From the human T2T-CHM13v2.0 reference genome, Homo sapiens, in assembly GCF_009914755.1 (NCBI RefSeq), contig NC_060925.1: a stretch of DNA of 64,000 nucleotides; one strand, written 5' to 3'. The notes beneath the pieces are model-generated. The model was not told the DNA's origin. It did not search any database and worked only from the letters and a program-made list of their open reading frames with translations. Numbering within the stretch: position 1 is the stretch's first letter; each line of letters opens with the position of its first letter. A program made the translations under genes and the position numbers. Below are positions 11,126 through 23,870 of the stretch, one piece after another.

Positions 11126-13287
11126 AAAAAAATGGACTTAAACTATGCTGTACAACAAATGGACTTAACAGATATTTACAGAACATTCTACCCAACAACG
11201 GCAGAACATACATTCTATTCATCAGCACATGGAACATTCTCCAAGATAGACCATAGACAAAACAAGTCTCAGTAAATTTAAGAAAACTGAAATTATATCA
11301 AGTACTCACTAGGACCACAGTGGAATAAAATTGAAAATCAACTCCAAAAGGAACCCTCAAAACCATGCAAATGCATGGAAATTAAATAACCTGCTTCTGA
11401 ATGATCATTGGGTCAACAATGAAATCAAGATGGAAATTAAAAAATTCTTTGAACTGAATGATAATAGTGATACAACGTATCAAAACCTCTGGGATACAGC
11501 AAAAGCAATGCTAAGAGGAAAGTTCATAGCATTAAATGCTTACATCAAGAAGCCTGAAAGAGCAAAAATAGACAACCTAAGTCACACACCATGGAACTGG
11601 AGAAACAGAAACAATCCAAATCCAAATCCACACCCAAAACAAAATTACAAAAGATAAATGAAACAAAAAGCTGGTTGTTTGAAATGATAAAATTGATGGA
11701 CCATTAGTGAGTTTAACCAAGAATAGAGAAGATCCAAATAAGCTCAATTAGAAACGAAATGGGAGATATTATAATTGATTCCAGAGAAATACAAAAGGTT
11801 ATTCAAGTCTACTATGAACACCTTTACGTGCATAAACTAGAAAACCTAGAGGAAATGGATGAATTCCTGGAAATATACAACCCTTCTAGATTAAACCAGG
11901 AAGATATAGAATCTCTGAACAGACCAATAATAAGCAGCAAGATTGAAATGGTAATAAAAAATGGACAACAACAAAAATACTCTAGGACCAGACAGATTCA
12001 GAGCTGAATTCTTTCAGACATTCAAAGAAGAATTGTTATCAATCCTATTGACAATATTTCAAAGGGTAGAGAAAGAGGGAATCCTCCCTAAATCATCCTA
12101 AAGCCAGTATCACCCTAATACCAAAACCAGGGAAGAACATAATAAAAAAAGAAAATGACAGACCAATATCCTTGATGAACATCGATGTGAAAATTCTCAA
12201 CTAAGTTCTAGCTAATCAAATCCAATAGCATATCAAAAAGGTAGTCCACTATGATCAAGTAGGTTTCATACCAGGGATGCAGGGATGGTTTAATGTATGT
12301 AAGTCAATAAATGTGAAACACCACATAAACAGAATTAAAAACAAAAGTCCCATTATCATCTCAACACACACAGAAAAAGCATTTGACAGAATGCAGCATC
12401 CTTTATGATTAAAACCTTAGCAAAATCAGAATAGAAGATAAATACCTTAAGGTAATGAAAGCCATCTATGACAAATCCACAGCCAACATTATACTGAATG
12501 GGGAAAAGTTGAAAGCATTCCTGCTGAGAACTGGAACCCGACAAGGATGCCCACTTTCACCACTTGTATTCAACATAGTACTGGAAATCCTAACCAGAGC
12601 AATCAGACAAGAGAAAGAATAAAGTGCATCCAAATCAGTAAAGAGGAAATCAAACTGTCACTGTTTGCTGATGATATGATTGTATACCTAGAAAATCCTA
12701 AAGACTCGTTCAAAAAGCTCCTAGAACTGGTAAAGGAATTCAGCAAAGTTTCAGGATACAAAATTAACATACACAAATCAGTAGCTCTGCTATAGACTAA
12801 CAGTGACCAAGCTGCAAAAGAAAAAACAAAAACAAAAACAAAAAACAACTTAGGAATATACCTAACCAAGGATGTGAAAGACCTCTACAAGGAAAACTAC
12901 AAAACACTGCTAAAAGAAATCACAGATGACACAAACAAATGGAAACACATCCCAAGCTCATGGATGGGTGAATCAATATTGTAAAAATGACCATACTGTC
13001 AAAAGAAATCTACAAATTCAATGTAATTCCCATCAAAATACCATCATCATTCTTCACAGAACTAGAAAAAACAATCCAAAAATTCATATGAAACCAAAAA
13101 GAGCCTTCATAAACAAAGCATCACCTGACTACAAACTACACTATAAGGCCATAGTCACCAAAACAGTATGGTACTGGTATAAAAACAGGCACATAGACCA
13201 ATGAAACAGAATGGAGAACCCAGAAATAAAGCCAAATACTTACAGCCAACTGATTTTCAACAAAGCAAATGAAAACATAACGTGGGG

Positions 13288-15581
13288 TGATATGTTTTGG
13301 CTCTGTTTCCTCATCTAAATCTCACACTGAATTTTAATAATCCCCACTTGTCAAGGGCTTGACCAGAAGGAGATAATTGATCATGGGGCAGTCTCCTCCA
13401 TACTGTTCTCATAATAATGAGTGAGTTCTCATGAAGCTGATGGGTTTAAGGGGCTTTGCCCTTCACTTGCCACTCATTCTCTTTCTTGCTGCCCTGTGAG
13501 GAGGTGCCTTCCACCATGTTTGTATGTTTCTAGAGGCCTCCAGGTCATGCAGAGCTGTGAGTTAATTAAACCTCTTTTCTTTATAAATTACTGAGTCTTG
13601 GGTATTTCTTCATAGCAGCATGAGAATGAACTGATACAGTAACTTGGTACCATAGAGAGTTGGGCATTGCTGTAAAGATACCTGAAAATATGGAAGCAAC
13701 TTTGGAACTGGGAAATAGGCAGAGGTTTGAATAGTTTGTAGGGCTCAGAAGAAGAGAGAAAGATGTGGGAAAGTTTGGAACTTCCTAGAGACTTGTTGAA
13801 TGGCTTTGACCAAAATGCTGGTAGTGATATGGACAATGACATCCAGGCTTAGGTGGTCTCAGATGGAGATGAGGAACTTTTTGGGAACTGAAATAAAGGT
13901 GATTCTTGCTATGCTTTAGCAAAGAGACTGGTGGCATTTTGCCCCTGCCCTAGAGATCTGTGGAACTTTGAAATTTAGAGAGATGATTTAAAGTAGCTGG
14001 CAGAAGAAATTTCTAAGCTGCAAAGCATTCAAGAGGTGACTTTGGTGCTCTTAAAATAATTCAGTTCCGTGTACACATAAAGATATGGTTTGGAATTGAA
14101 ACTTACATTTAAAACAGAAGTAAAGCACAAAAGTTCAGAGAATTTGCAGCCTGACAATGCAATAGAAAAGAAAAACCCATTTTCTGAGAAGAAATTCAAG
14201 CTGGCTGTGGAAATTTGCATCAGTAATGAGAAGCCAAATGTTAGTCACCAAGACAATGGGGAAAATGTCTCCAGGACATGTCAGAGATCTTCATGGCAGC
14301 CCCTCCCATCACAGGCCCAGAGGCCTAGGTGGTAAAATGGTTTCATGGGCCGGGCTCAGGGCCTTGCTGCTTTGTGCAGTCTCAAAACTTGGTGCCCCAC
14401 ATCCCAGCTGTGGCTAAAAGGGGTCAACATAGAGCTCAGGCTGTGGCTTCTGAGGGTGCAAACTCCAAGTCTTGGTGGCCTACACGTGGTGTGGGACCTG
14501 TGGGTACATAGACGGCAAGAATTGAGGTTTGGGAACCTCTGCCTAGATTTCAGAGGATGTATGGAAACACCTGCATGTCCAAGCAGAAGTTTCCTGCAGG
14601 AGTGGAGCCCTCATGGACAACTTCAGTTAGGACAATGTGGAAGGAAAATGTGGGGTCAGAGCCCCCACACAGAGTCCCCACTGGGGCACTGTGGAGCTGT
14701 GATAAGAGGGCCATGATCCTCCAGACCCAAGAATGATAGATCCAATGACAGTTTGCACTGTGCTCCTGGAAAAGCTGCAGACACTCAACACTGGCCCATG
14801 AAAGCAGCTGGGAGTGAGGCTGTGCCCTGTAAAGCCATAGGGATGGAGCTGCCCAAGACCATGGGAGTCCACCTCTTGCATCAGTGTGACCTGGATGTGA
14901 GCCATGGAGTCAAAGGAGATCATTTCAGAGATTTAAGACTTGACTGCACCACTAGATTTTGGACTTGCATGTGACCAATTTCTCCCACTTGAAACAGGTG
15001 TATTTATCCAATGCCTGTGCCTTCATTGTATCTAGGAAGTAGCTAAATTGCTTTTGATTTTACAGGTTTATAGCCAGAAGGGACTTGCCTTTTCTCAGAT
15101 TACACTTTGGACTTGGACTTTTGGGTTAATGCTGGAACGAGTTAAGATTTTGGGGGACTGTTGGAAGGGCATGATTATGTTTTGAAATGTGAGGACATGA
15201 GAGCTGGGAGAGGTCGGGGTAGAATGATATGGTTTGGCTCTGTGTCCCCACCTAAATCTCACCTTGAATTGTAATAATTCCCACATGTCAAGGGCAGGAC
15301 CAGGTGGAAATAATTGAATCATGCGGGTGGCTTTTTGTCATGCTGTTCTCATGATAGTGAGTGAGTTCTCATGAGTGCTGATGGTTTTATAGGGGCTTCC
15401 CCCTTTGTTTAGCGCTCATTCTCTCTCCTGCTGTCCTGTGAAGAGGTGCCTTCTGTCATGATTGTAAGTTTCCTGAGGCCTCCCCAGCCATGTAGAACTG
15501 TGAGTCAATTAAACCTCTTTCCTTTATAAACTACCAAGTCTTGAATATTTCTTCATAGCAGCATGAGAACGGACTCATACA
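13288..15581 (+). mobile_element. Complete THE1-family MaLR element (LTR-int-LTR) inserted in L1 ORF2
   Basis: LTRs 13288-13638 and 15225-15581 (tgatatg..tttggctc ... ataca) with ~1.6 kb internal region. L1 sequence resumes exactly. Degenerate 5-bp TSD tgggg/tgaga. Confidence 0.92.
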
Positions 15582-16427
15582 TGAGAAAAGAACATGCTAT
15601 TCAACAAACGGTGCTGGGACAATTGGCAAGCCACATGTAAAAGAATGAAATTGGATCCTCATCTCTCACCTTATACAGAAATCCACTCAAGACAGATCAA
15701 AGACTTGAATCTAAGACCTGAAACCATAAAGATTCTAGAAGAAAACATTGGAAAAAGCCTTGTAGACATTGGCTTAGACAAAGACTTTGTGACCAAGAAC
15801 CCAGAAGCAAATGCAACAAAAAGAAAGATAAATAGATGGGATGGGACTGAATTAAACTAAAAAGCTTCTGCACAGCAAAATAAATAATCAGCAGAATTAA
15901 CAGAAAACCCCCAGAGAGGGAGAAAATCTTCACAGTCTACACATCCAACAAAGGACTAATACCCAGAATCTACAAATAACTCAAACTGAGAAAAAAAAAA
16001 TCCCATAAAAAAGTTGGCTAAGGACACAAATAGCCAATTCTCAAAAGAATATATACAAATGGCCAACAAGTACATGGGAAAATGCAGAACATCACTAATT
16101 ATCAGGGAAATGCCAATCAAAACCACAATATGATACCACTTCACTCCTGCAAGAATGGCCCAAAAGAAAAAAAAAGATGTTGGCATCAATGTGGTGAAAG
16201 GGAACACTTTTACACTGCTAGTAGGAATGTAAACTAGTACCAACCACTATGGAAAACAGTATGGAGGTTCCTTAAGAACTAAAAGTATATCTACCATTTG
16301 ATACAGAAATCTCACTACTAGGTAAAAAAAAATACCCTGCACACACATGTTTAACACATATTTTGCAATTGCAAAATATGGAACCAGCCCAAATGCCTAT
16401 CAATCAATGAGTGGATTAAGAAAATAT

Positions 16428-16438
16428 GGTATATATGT

Positions 16439-16495
<57 letters not shown>

Positions 16496-16500
16496 AACAT
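16428..16500. repeat. (TA)n(CA)n compound microsatellite
   Basis: Long TA run followed by a CA run. Confidence 0.9.
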
Positions 16501-18559
16501 ATATCATGGAATACACTCAGCCATAAAGAGGAATACCCTCAGCCATAAAGAGGAATGAAATAATGGCATTTGCAGCAACCTGGATGGAATTGGAGACTAT
16601 TATTCTAAGTGAAGTAACTAAGGAATGGAAGACCAAGCATCATATGTTATCACTCATATGTGAGAGCTAAGCTATGAGGACACAAAGGCATAAGAATGAT
16701 ACACCAGACTTCGGGGACTCAGGGGGCAAACCTGGGGGGTGGTGAGGGATAAAATACTACACATTGGGTGCAGTGTACCCTGCTTGGGTGTTGGGTGCAC
16801 CAAAATATCAGAAATCACCACTAAAGAACTTATTCACATAACTGAATACTACCTGTTCCCCAAAAACCTATTGAAATAAAACATTAAAAATTAAAAAAAA
16901 TTTAAAAAAATCCTCACCACTCTATAGTCACACCTGCACACAGATGGAGTCAACACTGTTTTGACCTGTTATCTATGCTCTGAAGGACTGCAGCTCACTG
17001 TTGAATGTACAGTAATTCCATAGGGATCAGGGCTGAACAATTCCCTGACTCCTCCCTCTTTTTCTCTCATAGGTTCTCTGGGCTCTTAAGTGCAGCAACA
17101 TCTTTGCATTCCAGCACTTGGCACTTGACACCTAACTCATGCTGCTGCTTCCCCCTTCTCCCTAGTTGGCATTTGTGTCAGGGGAGCAGCCAGGTAGCAA
17201 CCTCCACACTACCCTCTGCCCACCTTCCACTCCAAACACAAACCCTTCCATCTCAGTATTAGGGACTGCCAGTATTTATGTCTTCTCTCCCCATGTCCCT
17301 GTACCTCAACCAGACTGGAGGCCCAAGGCTCTCAGATCATTCCTTGTCACTAGATCCTCTTCCCCTAGACTGACCCATTTACAAAGTTCTCCTCCCAGAC
17401 ACGTTCACTGCACCCTCTGAAACTCACTGTCTTCAGCAAAAAACTTCCAGTTCTCAATGCCTTCACTTTCTTATCTTTACCAAAACCTGGCCTTTCCCTG
17501 AGGACTTTTTCCCTATATTGTTCTCAGGCAGTGCCTGTTTTCTATCCTTCACCCATGCAGACTGAGGTGTCCTCCTTACTCTTTCCTAACTAGTCTTCAT
17601 TGGCACCTCCAGACCATTCTCCCTTCCTTCCTCCTACCAGCCCTCCCTGCCCAGCCCACTGCAAGCTTATGCTGTCATGCTCTGCTGAACACTATCCTGT
17701 CTTGTTGGAGTCAGCTACAGATCTATAGCTCACTCCCCTTTATGTCTTGGATATTTTTTCCCCTTTCTTTAAACTATGCACCTAAGAATTCATGACATTT
17801 TCAAATCCTTAGGGGCAATGCATGCTCTGAATGATCTGTTTTCTGATTTCCCCTACTCTTACTAAGCCACTCATTCTTCTATAGTGCAGAGTTGTCATGA
17901 TCAATAACTACAGCTATTCCAGACCTCATTTCAATCGCTCCTCTTCACATCTAGCATGTCCTGTTGTTTTAACCCATTCTCTCTACTCTCCCTAGTTTTC
18001 TGTCTCCAACAGTTCCTCTGCTCCACAGGAAGCTATGCTCTGTTGCTCCTACTCTGTTTTCACTGCTGATTATCCTTCTTCACCTCTTTTCCTCCTGATT
18101 TTGATGCCATGATTTATCGGTATAACTATGACCTTGTATATATACTCGACTCACTTGTCCCTCCCTCCTTCCAGCACATTCATCTAGCAAAATCCAACTC
18201 TGCTTCAACCAAAACAACTCTACTTCAACCCAAATCTTTTCCTGCTTCATATCATTCCTAAGCAGCTGAACATAACTGGAGGAAGAATACAGACACACAC
18301 ACATACACAACCTTATGGATTGGTCTCACCTTCAAGTTGTGACCACTAACTTCAGTTGAGCCCTGGTGCTGCCCAGTAATTCCACTCCATTTCCTTTTAT
18401 TGGTCACTTCACCACATCCCAGGTGACTATTTTACCTTTTTTTCTTTTTCCTGAAACCTCTAATGTCTCTTCCAATTTTCTTCTCAGCTACTGATCAGAC
18501 TGTCTTCAGATATATGTTCCCACTAGCAAACCTATGAAGCTACATATATCTACTCTTAT

Positions 18560-19537
18560 ATTCTTAAAGTCCTAACCTCCAATACCTCAGAATATGACCA
18601 TATTTGGAGAAAGCGTTTTTAAAAAGGTAATTAAAGTTAAATGAGGTCATTGGGGTGGCTCTTAATCCAATATGACTGGTGTCTTTATAAGAAAAGGAGA
18701 TTAGGACACAGACATGCAGAGAAAAAAGATTATGTGAAGACAGAAGTGAAGGAAATAATGCGTACAGTAGTCATTTTCCAAGACAAAGTGACTTAAATCA
18801 GCTTAGGTCAGCAAACTACAGAAAAAATAGGATATACTAGGCACCTGCTTGGATAGCCAACGCCTGCTTGTCAGGCACCCCCTGCCTCAACCCCCTGAGT
18901 TGCCCTCATCCGAACCAAAAAAGTTTAGTCTAAGATGAAAACTTACTAGCCTGAAAAATAGCTCACTTTGTCTGTTCTTATCAACCTGCTCAGCTGCTTA
19001 GGTCATAAGTCAAATACTTAAAGAGCTCCTGAGCTGATTAGCATTGCAATGCATTGTGGGCTGCAACAAAATGCAGCAAGACAACCCTAAACAAACAAAC
19101 AAACAAACAAACAAAAAACACCTAAAGCCCCAACCCAACAACTGATAGGTGTCATCTGGGAAGATTGTAACCCCATAGTACTCAGCCTATGAGGAACTGG
19201 GGGAGGGACTTGTGCACTAGGGGATAAATTGCTTGTTGTAACTGTGCTGGGTGTGCCTGCCCATCAGACACCTGATCTTGCAAGATGGTAACTAAAAGTC
19301 TCACTTTCGGTGCTCTCGGGGTCTCTGAGTCCATTCTTTGGTTTGGACAGGTGAATTTGTTTCTCACAGAAGGAGACGTACATCTGCAAGCCAAGCAGAG
19401 AAATCTCAGAAGACATGAACCCTGTTGGCACTTTGATCTCGAACTTCCAACCTCCAAAATTGTGATTAAATAAATTTCTGTTGTTAAGACATCCAGTCTA
19501 TGGCACTTTATTATGGCAGGCCCAGCAAAATAATACA
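18560..19537 (+). mobile_element. MLT1B-like MaLR LTR split by a solo LTR
   Basis: aatacctcagaatatgacc..ttaaatgaggtcatt..taatccaatatgactggtgtc; resumes at 19369 and ends ..taataca. Confidence 0.8.
18747..19368 (+). mobile_element. ERV1-class solo LTR (MER41/LTR26-group-like)
   Basis: TG...CA termini (tgaaggaaat...ttctcaca); 4-bp TSD gaag on both sides; internal (AAAC)n. Confidence 0.75.
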
Positions 19538-22500
19538 GCATCTCTCCTCAAATCCTTCACATTTTCCCCACATCTTCATTTTTTCTTCACTACTGAACTA
19601 TTCACATTAGCATACACATGAGCTATACTGTATTCCATTATTAGAAAAATGTGCTGCCTTGACCTCATGTTGACCTCCCAGCTCTGCTCCCCTTCACAGG
19701 AAACTGTGAGTAGTCTCTCCTCATTGCTCCTTATATTCCCCTCTCAGACTCCTTGGAACCAACTCCAGTATGGCTTTCAGGCCCATCCCTGCATCAAAAC
19801 AGCCTTTTCCAAGTTCAGCAGTGACCTCACGTCGCCAAATTAAGTGGGCTCCTCTTAGTTCTCATCTTCCTCACTTGTCAGCATATTTGACCTGGCTTCT
19901 GTTGAAATACTTGTCTTGGCTTTTGAAACTCCTTTTTAGGTTCTGGTCACTCTATTCTCTGTCTGGTTACTCTTTCTTTTTTGCTTGTTTCTTCTCATTT
20001 TCAGCATCTCCTTTTATGTTGGGGTTTCTGGGGCTCAGTCCTTAGGTTTCTTCCCTGACTACCGTCACTCTCAGGTGGTCTCATTCTAGTGTCATGGCTT
20101 TAAAAGCCATCTCTTCACTGAAGACTCACAAATGTATCCCCTGAACTATATATAGATTTCTCTGTTTAAACATCAATAAACATTTTCAATTTGTCTTGCC
20201 CAAAATAGAACCCTTGATCTTTGAATTGGCCTCCACCCTTGTTTTTTTTGTATTTTTCCTCATACCATAAATGTTTCTTCAGTTTCTCAGGGCAAAACCT
20301 TGGAATCATACTTGTCTTTTCTCTTTCAAGCACTTCTCACATCCAACCCAAAGCAATTCTCCTGGTTCTTCCTTCATAGGTATCTAGACTCCAGCTGCAC
20401 CTCAGCATCTCCATGGCATTTTTTCTGGTCAAAGCCGTCGTCCTCTGTCATTTGGACTTGTGCTATCTTTCTAGATGCTCATCCTGTTTCGATCCTTGCT
20501 CCCTAATGATCAATTCTGTAGCCAACGTGATATTTTTAAAATTTGTCCGTGCATGTCTTCTTTCTTCCTCAAATCCTTACCTAGCAGTCCATCTCACTCA
20601 AAATCTAAAATCTTTATCCCGACTTAATGGTGCAGTGTGATCTGTCCCTTGAGGCTTCTCTGACCTTCTAGTCTTCTATGTTCCCCTTGCCCACTCAACT
20701 GTTGTTACATGGGCCTCCCTCTGTTCCTACAACGTGTCACAAACATTCTTGCCACAGGGCCTTTGCAGGTGCCATTTCCCCTCCCTCAAATGCTCTTTGT
20801 CTAATTATCTTTGTGGCTTTTTCTCCCATTTCTTTAAGTTTTTCCTTTTCAGCTGTCTTCTTAGAAGAGAGATCTTCCATGTACTTCATGTCTAAAATTG
20901 TTCCTTCTGCCTCTCTCCTTCCTTCTCTCTACTCAGGCTTCAAGAGACCCATTATGATTGCAGTTTTAAAATGTGTATTGTTGAAGGAATGAAAGACAAG
21001 AAAATTTTAATTGTTAGCAAAAAGAATTTTGATGTATTTATTTCAGATGATTACTTTTTTCCTGCAATCTCATTTTAGTTAAGAACAGTAAAATTACTGT
21101 TGAGAACTTCATTGCATGGAAGAATGGCCCCCAATGCACTGCCCAACTTTGATAAAAACATCATTCTGAAATATAAAAAGAACACAGGACCTTCTCTATG
21201 AGCAACCCTTACACACTAAATCTAATGACATTGAAGAAACAACCAAAGGTGCTTACATCTTTTTTTAGTCAATAGTGAAAGGGAAAAATATCAAATAATG
21301 TCTCATAGGCCTCTTCTTGGTGCTCAAAGTTTTCTACGCTACTTTTTAGTTATTTGTGGGTTTGCTTTACTGTGAACCTATGATAAGGGGGAATATTTTG
21401 CAGATAGTTGCCTGTATTTAATAGATATGCCATAAAGCAAACTGGAAAAAGAAACAGACATTGGTAGGAAGAGGAGGAAGTAGCACAGGTAAAAGTGAGC
21501 AAGACCAGAACAAAATTATTGAAGTGGACATCATTTTGTGGTCCTGGTGAAAACTCCGCCAAGTGGCATACAAAGATATTTTAGTTAGAAGTTTATGAAA
21601 AGGAAAAAATTAGTAAGGAAGCAGAGCACTTACTGAGAAAATTTGACATCATTTGCTTGCTTCTCAAAAATAATATTAATGGCAATAAAATTAACAGACT
21701 TGACAACTTTCTTTATCATTAGAGGAGAAATTTGCACTCTGTATGCATTTCACAAATATTAGCTATTAAAAAGCCCAGGGAGTTAACTGCTTGACCAATA
21801 ACCATCAATTCTTATTATTGTCTTTCTATTAAAGAAACAAATTAAAATCTCTTCCAGTGAACATTTATTTTCCAAAGTCAAAATCTTTTAGGGTTGCATC
21901 TGCTTTTCTGTTAACACTTTACTAACTACAGCCAAGGGGTTACTTTATCCCTAGGAATATGTTTAGTTCCCCAACCCCATGTTCTATATAATGTTTTCCC
22001 TTTGTGAACCTTGAATAGTTTGAACCTAGCACTGTTTCAGAATCATTTACACTCAACTCAGGTCACTCAATAAGTAATGCTTGATGTCCAGTAAGGCATT
22101 TAATATGTCATACTAAGAGTGATTCAATTTTTTTTTTGCCAAGGATATGCAAACTGATATACCAGGAGATTTGAAATTCAAAACACATGATATCTGAGTG
22201 AGTCCCAAGCTTGGCACAATTTCTCTTTTGCTTCTCCTTCTCTTTTCCCTCTCTCTACACTTGCAGATATAATCTAAGAGTCATCTGGCTGTTTGGCAAG
22301 CTATTTATTATTATTTAGAGGAATTCTAGGAGGATTTATTTTTAAAGAAACTAAAATATGGGTGTAATATTTTAGCCTTAAAACTGCCATTCAGGGCCTA
22401 GAGTGAAGCCTCTTCTATAGGTAGGTATTGCCAGGTGTTCTGAAAAATGCATCTGCTTCTTGTACAGGGTCAGAGTCTTTCACAGTGAGGAGAAAGGTGT

Positions 22501-23359
22501 TGGTTCTACAAAACAGCCCAGGGAAGTGAAGTTGAAATTGATTGAAGTAAATTATTCCTAAAGCCTTGATTCTCCCCTCCTTTGAAGGCAGGAGTAAATT
22601 TGGTTTCCTGCATCCAGGTGGTCCTCAGATGTCCTAAATTAAAACATGGTAAGAATGGGTTTTTCACAACAACGCTACCCTGACCAGTCTACCAGGGTCT
22701 ACATCCCTCCACTGTGATTCTGTGCAATAGACCCAGTGGAAATTGCAGGGTAAGCAGGCAATGAGGAAGCACAGTTCTTTCCTCTGTGTTGGAAATAGGC
22801 CAAGATTGTGAATGTTAATCACCCAATTCTTGTAAAAGGTACTACACAGCCTTTAATAACCACAAATGGCTGGAGTCTTCATTTTTCATTTCATCCGTGA
22901 TGCTCTGTCAGCGGGAGGTGGCAGCTGTAAACGAATATTGAAGCAATATCCCAAACTAGAAGTAGAAAGTCAGAGCCCTGACATTGTTGATCTCAGAGAC
23001 TTGAGACACGATGAAAGACAGGCTTTGAGTATCAGTTTTCCATTGCTTTTTAGGCCAAGTCTAACTATCAAACATTTCAGGGAGCAAATATCTGTCCTTT
23101 TGTATCTTCCCTGCCCTGCTGTATCCACTTTGCTCTCTAAACAGTGCTGCCACCAATAGGCCAGATGATGCCACACAATACCACCATCTGAGCTATTGTC
23201 TCAGGAATACAGCCTTTTTCTTCCTCCCACTCCCTGCTCACCTAGAACACACTGATGGCAACATGTGCTTGTTTCGTCATGAATCCTCTTAAGTTTCTTT
23301 ATCACAGTTGGGAAAATAACAGGGAAACAATCCCCAGAATAACAAAATAAATGTGAATT

Positions 23360-23670
<311 letters not shown>

Positions 23671-23689
23671 TAAATGTGAATTTTAATTT

Positions 23690-23870
23690 TGTTCAGCTTA
23701 GTTGTGTATCTCTAGCAAGTAGCTTAAGCTTGCAGAACATAAATTTTGTCATCCATAAAATCTGTCTACACCATATGATTTATAGTTAGCTCCTTTGATG
23801 TGGATCAATTGACAAAACATTAATGATGTAAATTATAAAGTGCTATATTAATGTAAGCTATTTATTACTA
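23690..23870 (+). mobile_element. MIR fragment
   Basis: Degenerate MIR core (agcaagtagcttaa..tcatccataaaat). Confidence 0.5.

Larger units (their letters stand above)
740..16903 (+). mobile_element. Full-length decayed LINE-1 (L1PB1-like) hosting HERV9 and THE1 insertions
   Basis: 5'UTR start AAGATGG...catcatgaacttttgctccaaga at 745-864, continuing at 8745. ORF1 remnants ~9540-10540. ORF2 remnants ([33 protein letters not shown]). L1PB-type 3'UTR (cagaaatcaccactaaagaactt...ttgaaataaa) and A-tail. Degenerate TSD aaaaataatccccac (724-738) / aaaaaaatcctcac (16904-16917). Confidence 0.9.
17300..20993 (+). mobile_element. Long L2 LINE remnant, interrupted by MLT1/LTR
   Basis: Pyrimidine-rich L2-like sequence; endonuclease-like accaaaacctgg..ccctgaggac (cf. 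TETWL..ED) at ~17480; typical L2 3' region ending tgttgaaggaatgaa. Confidence 0.65.

Noticed and set aside
14029-14974. Cluster of overlapping ORFs
   Set aside because: Decayed THE1 internal sequence
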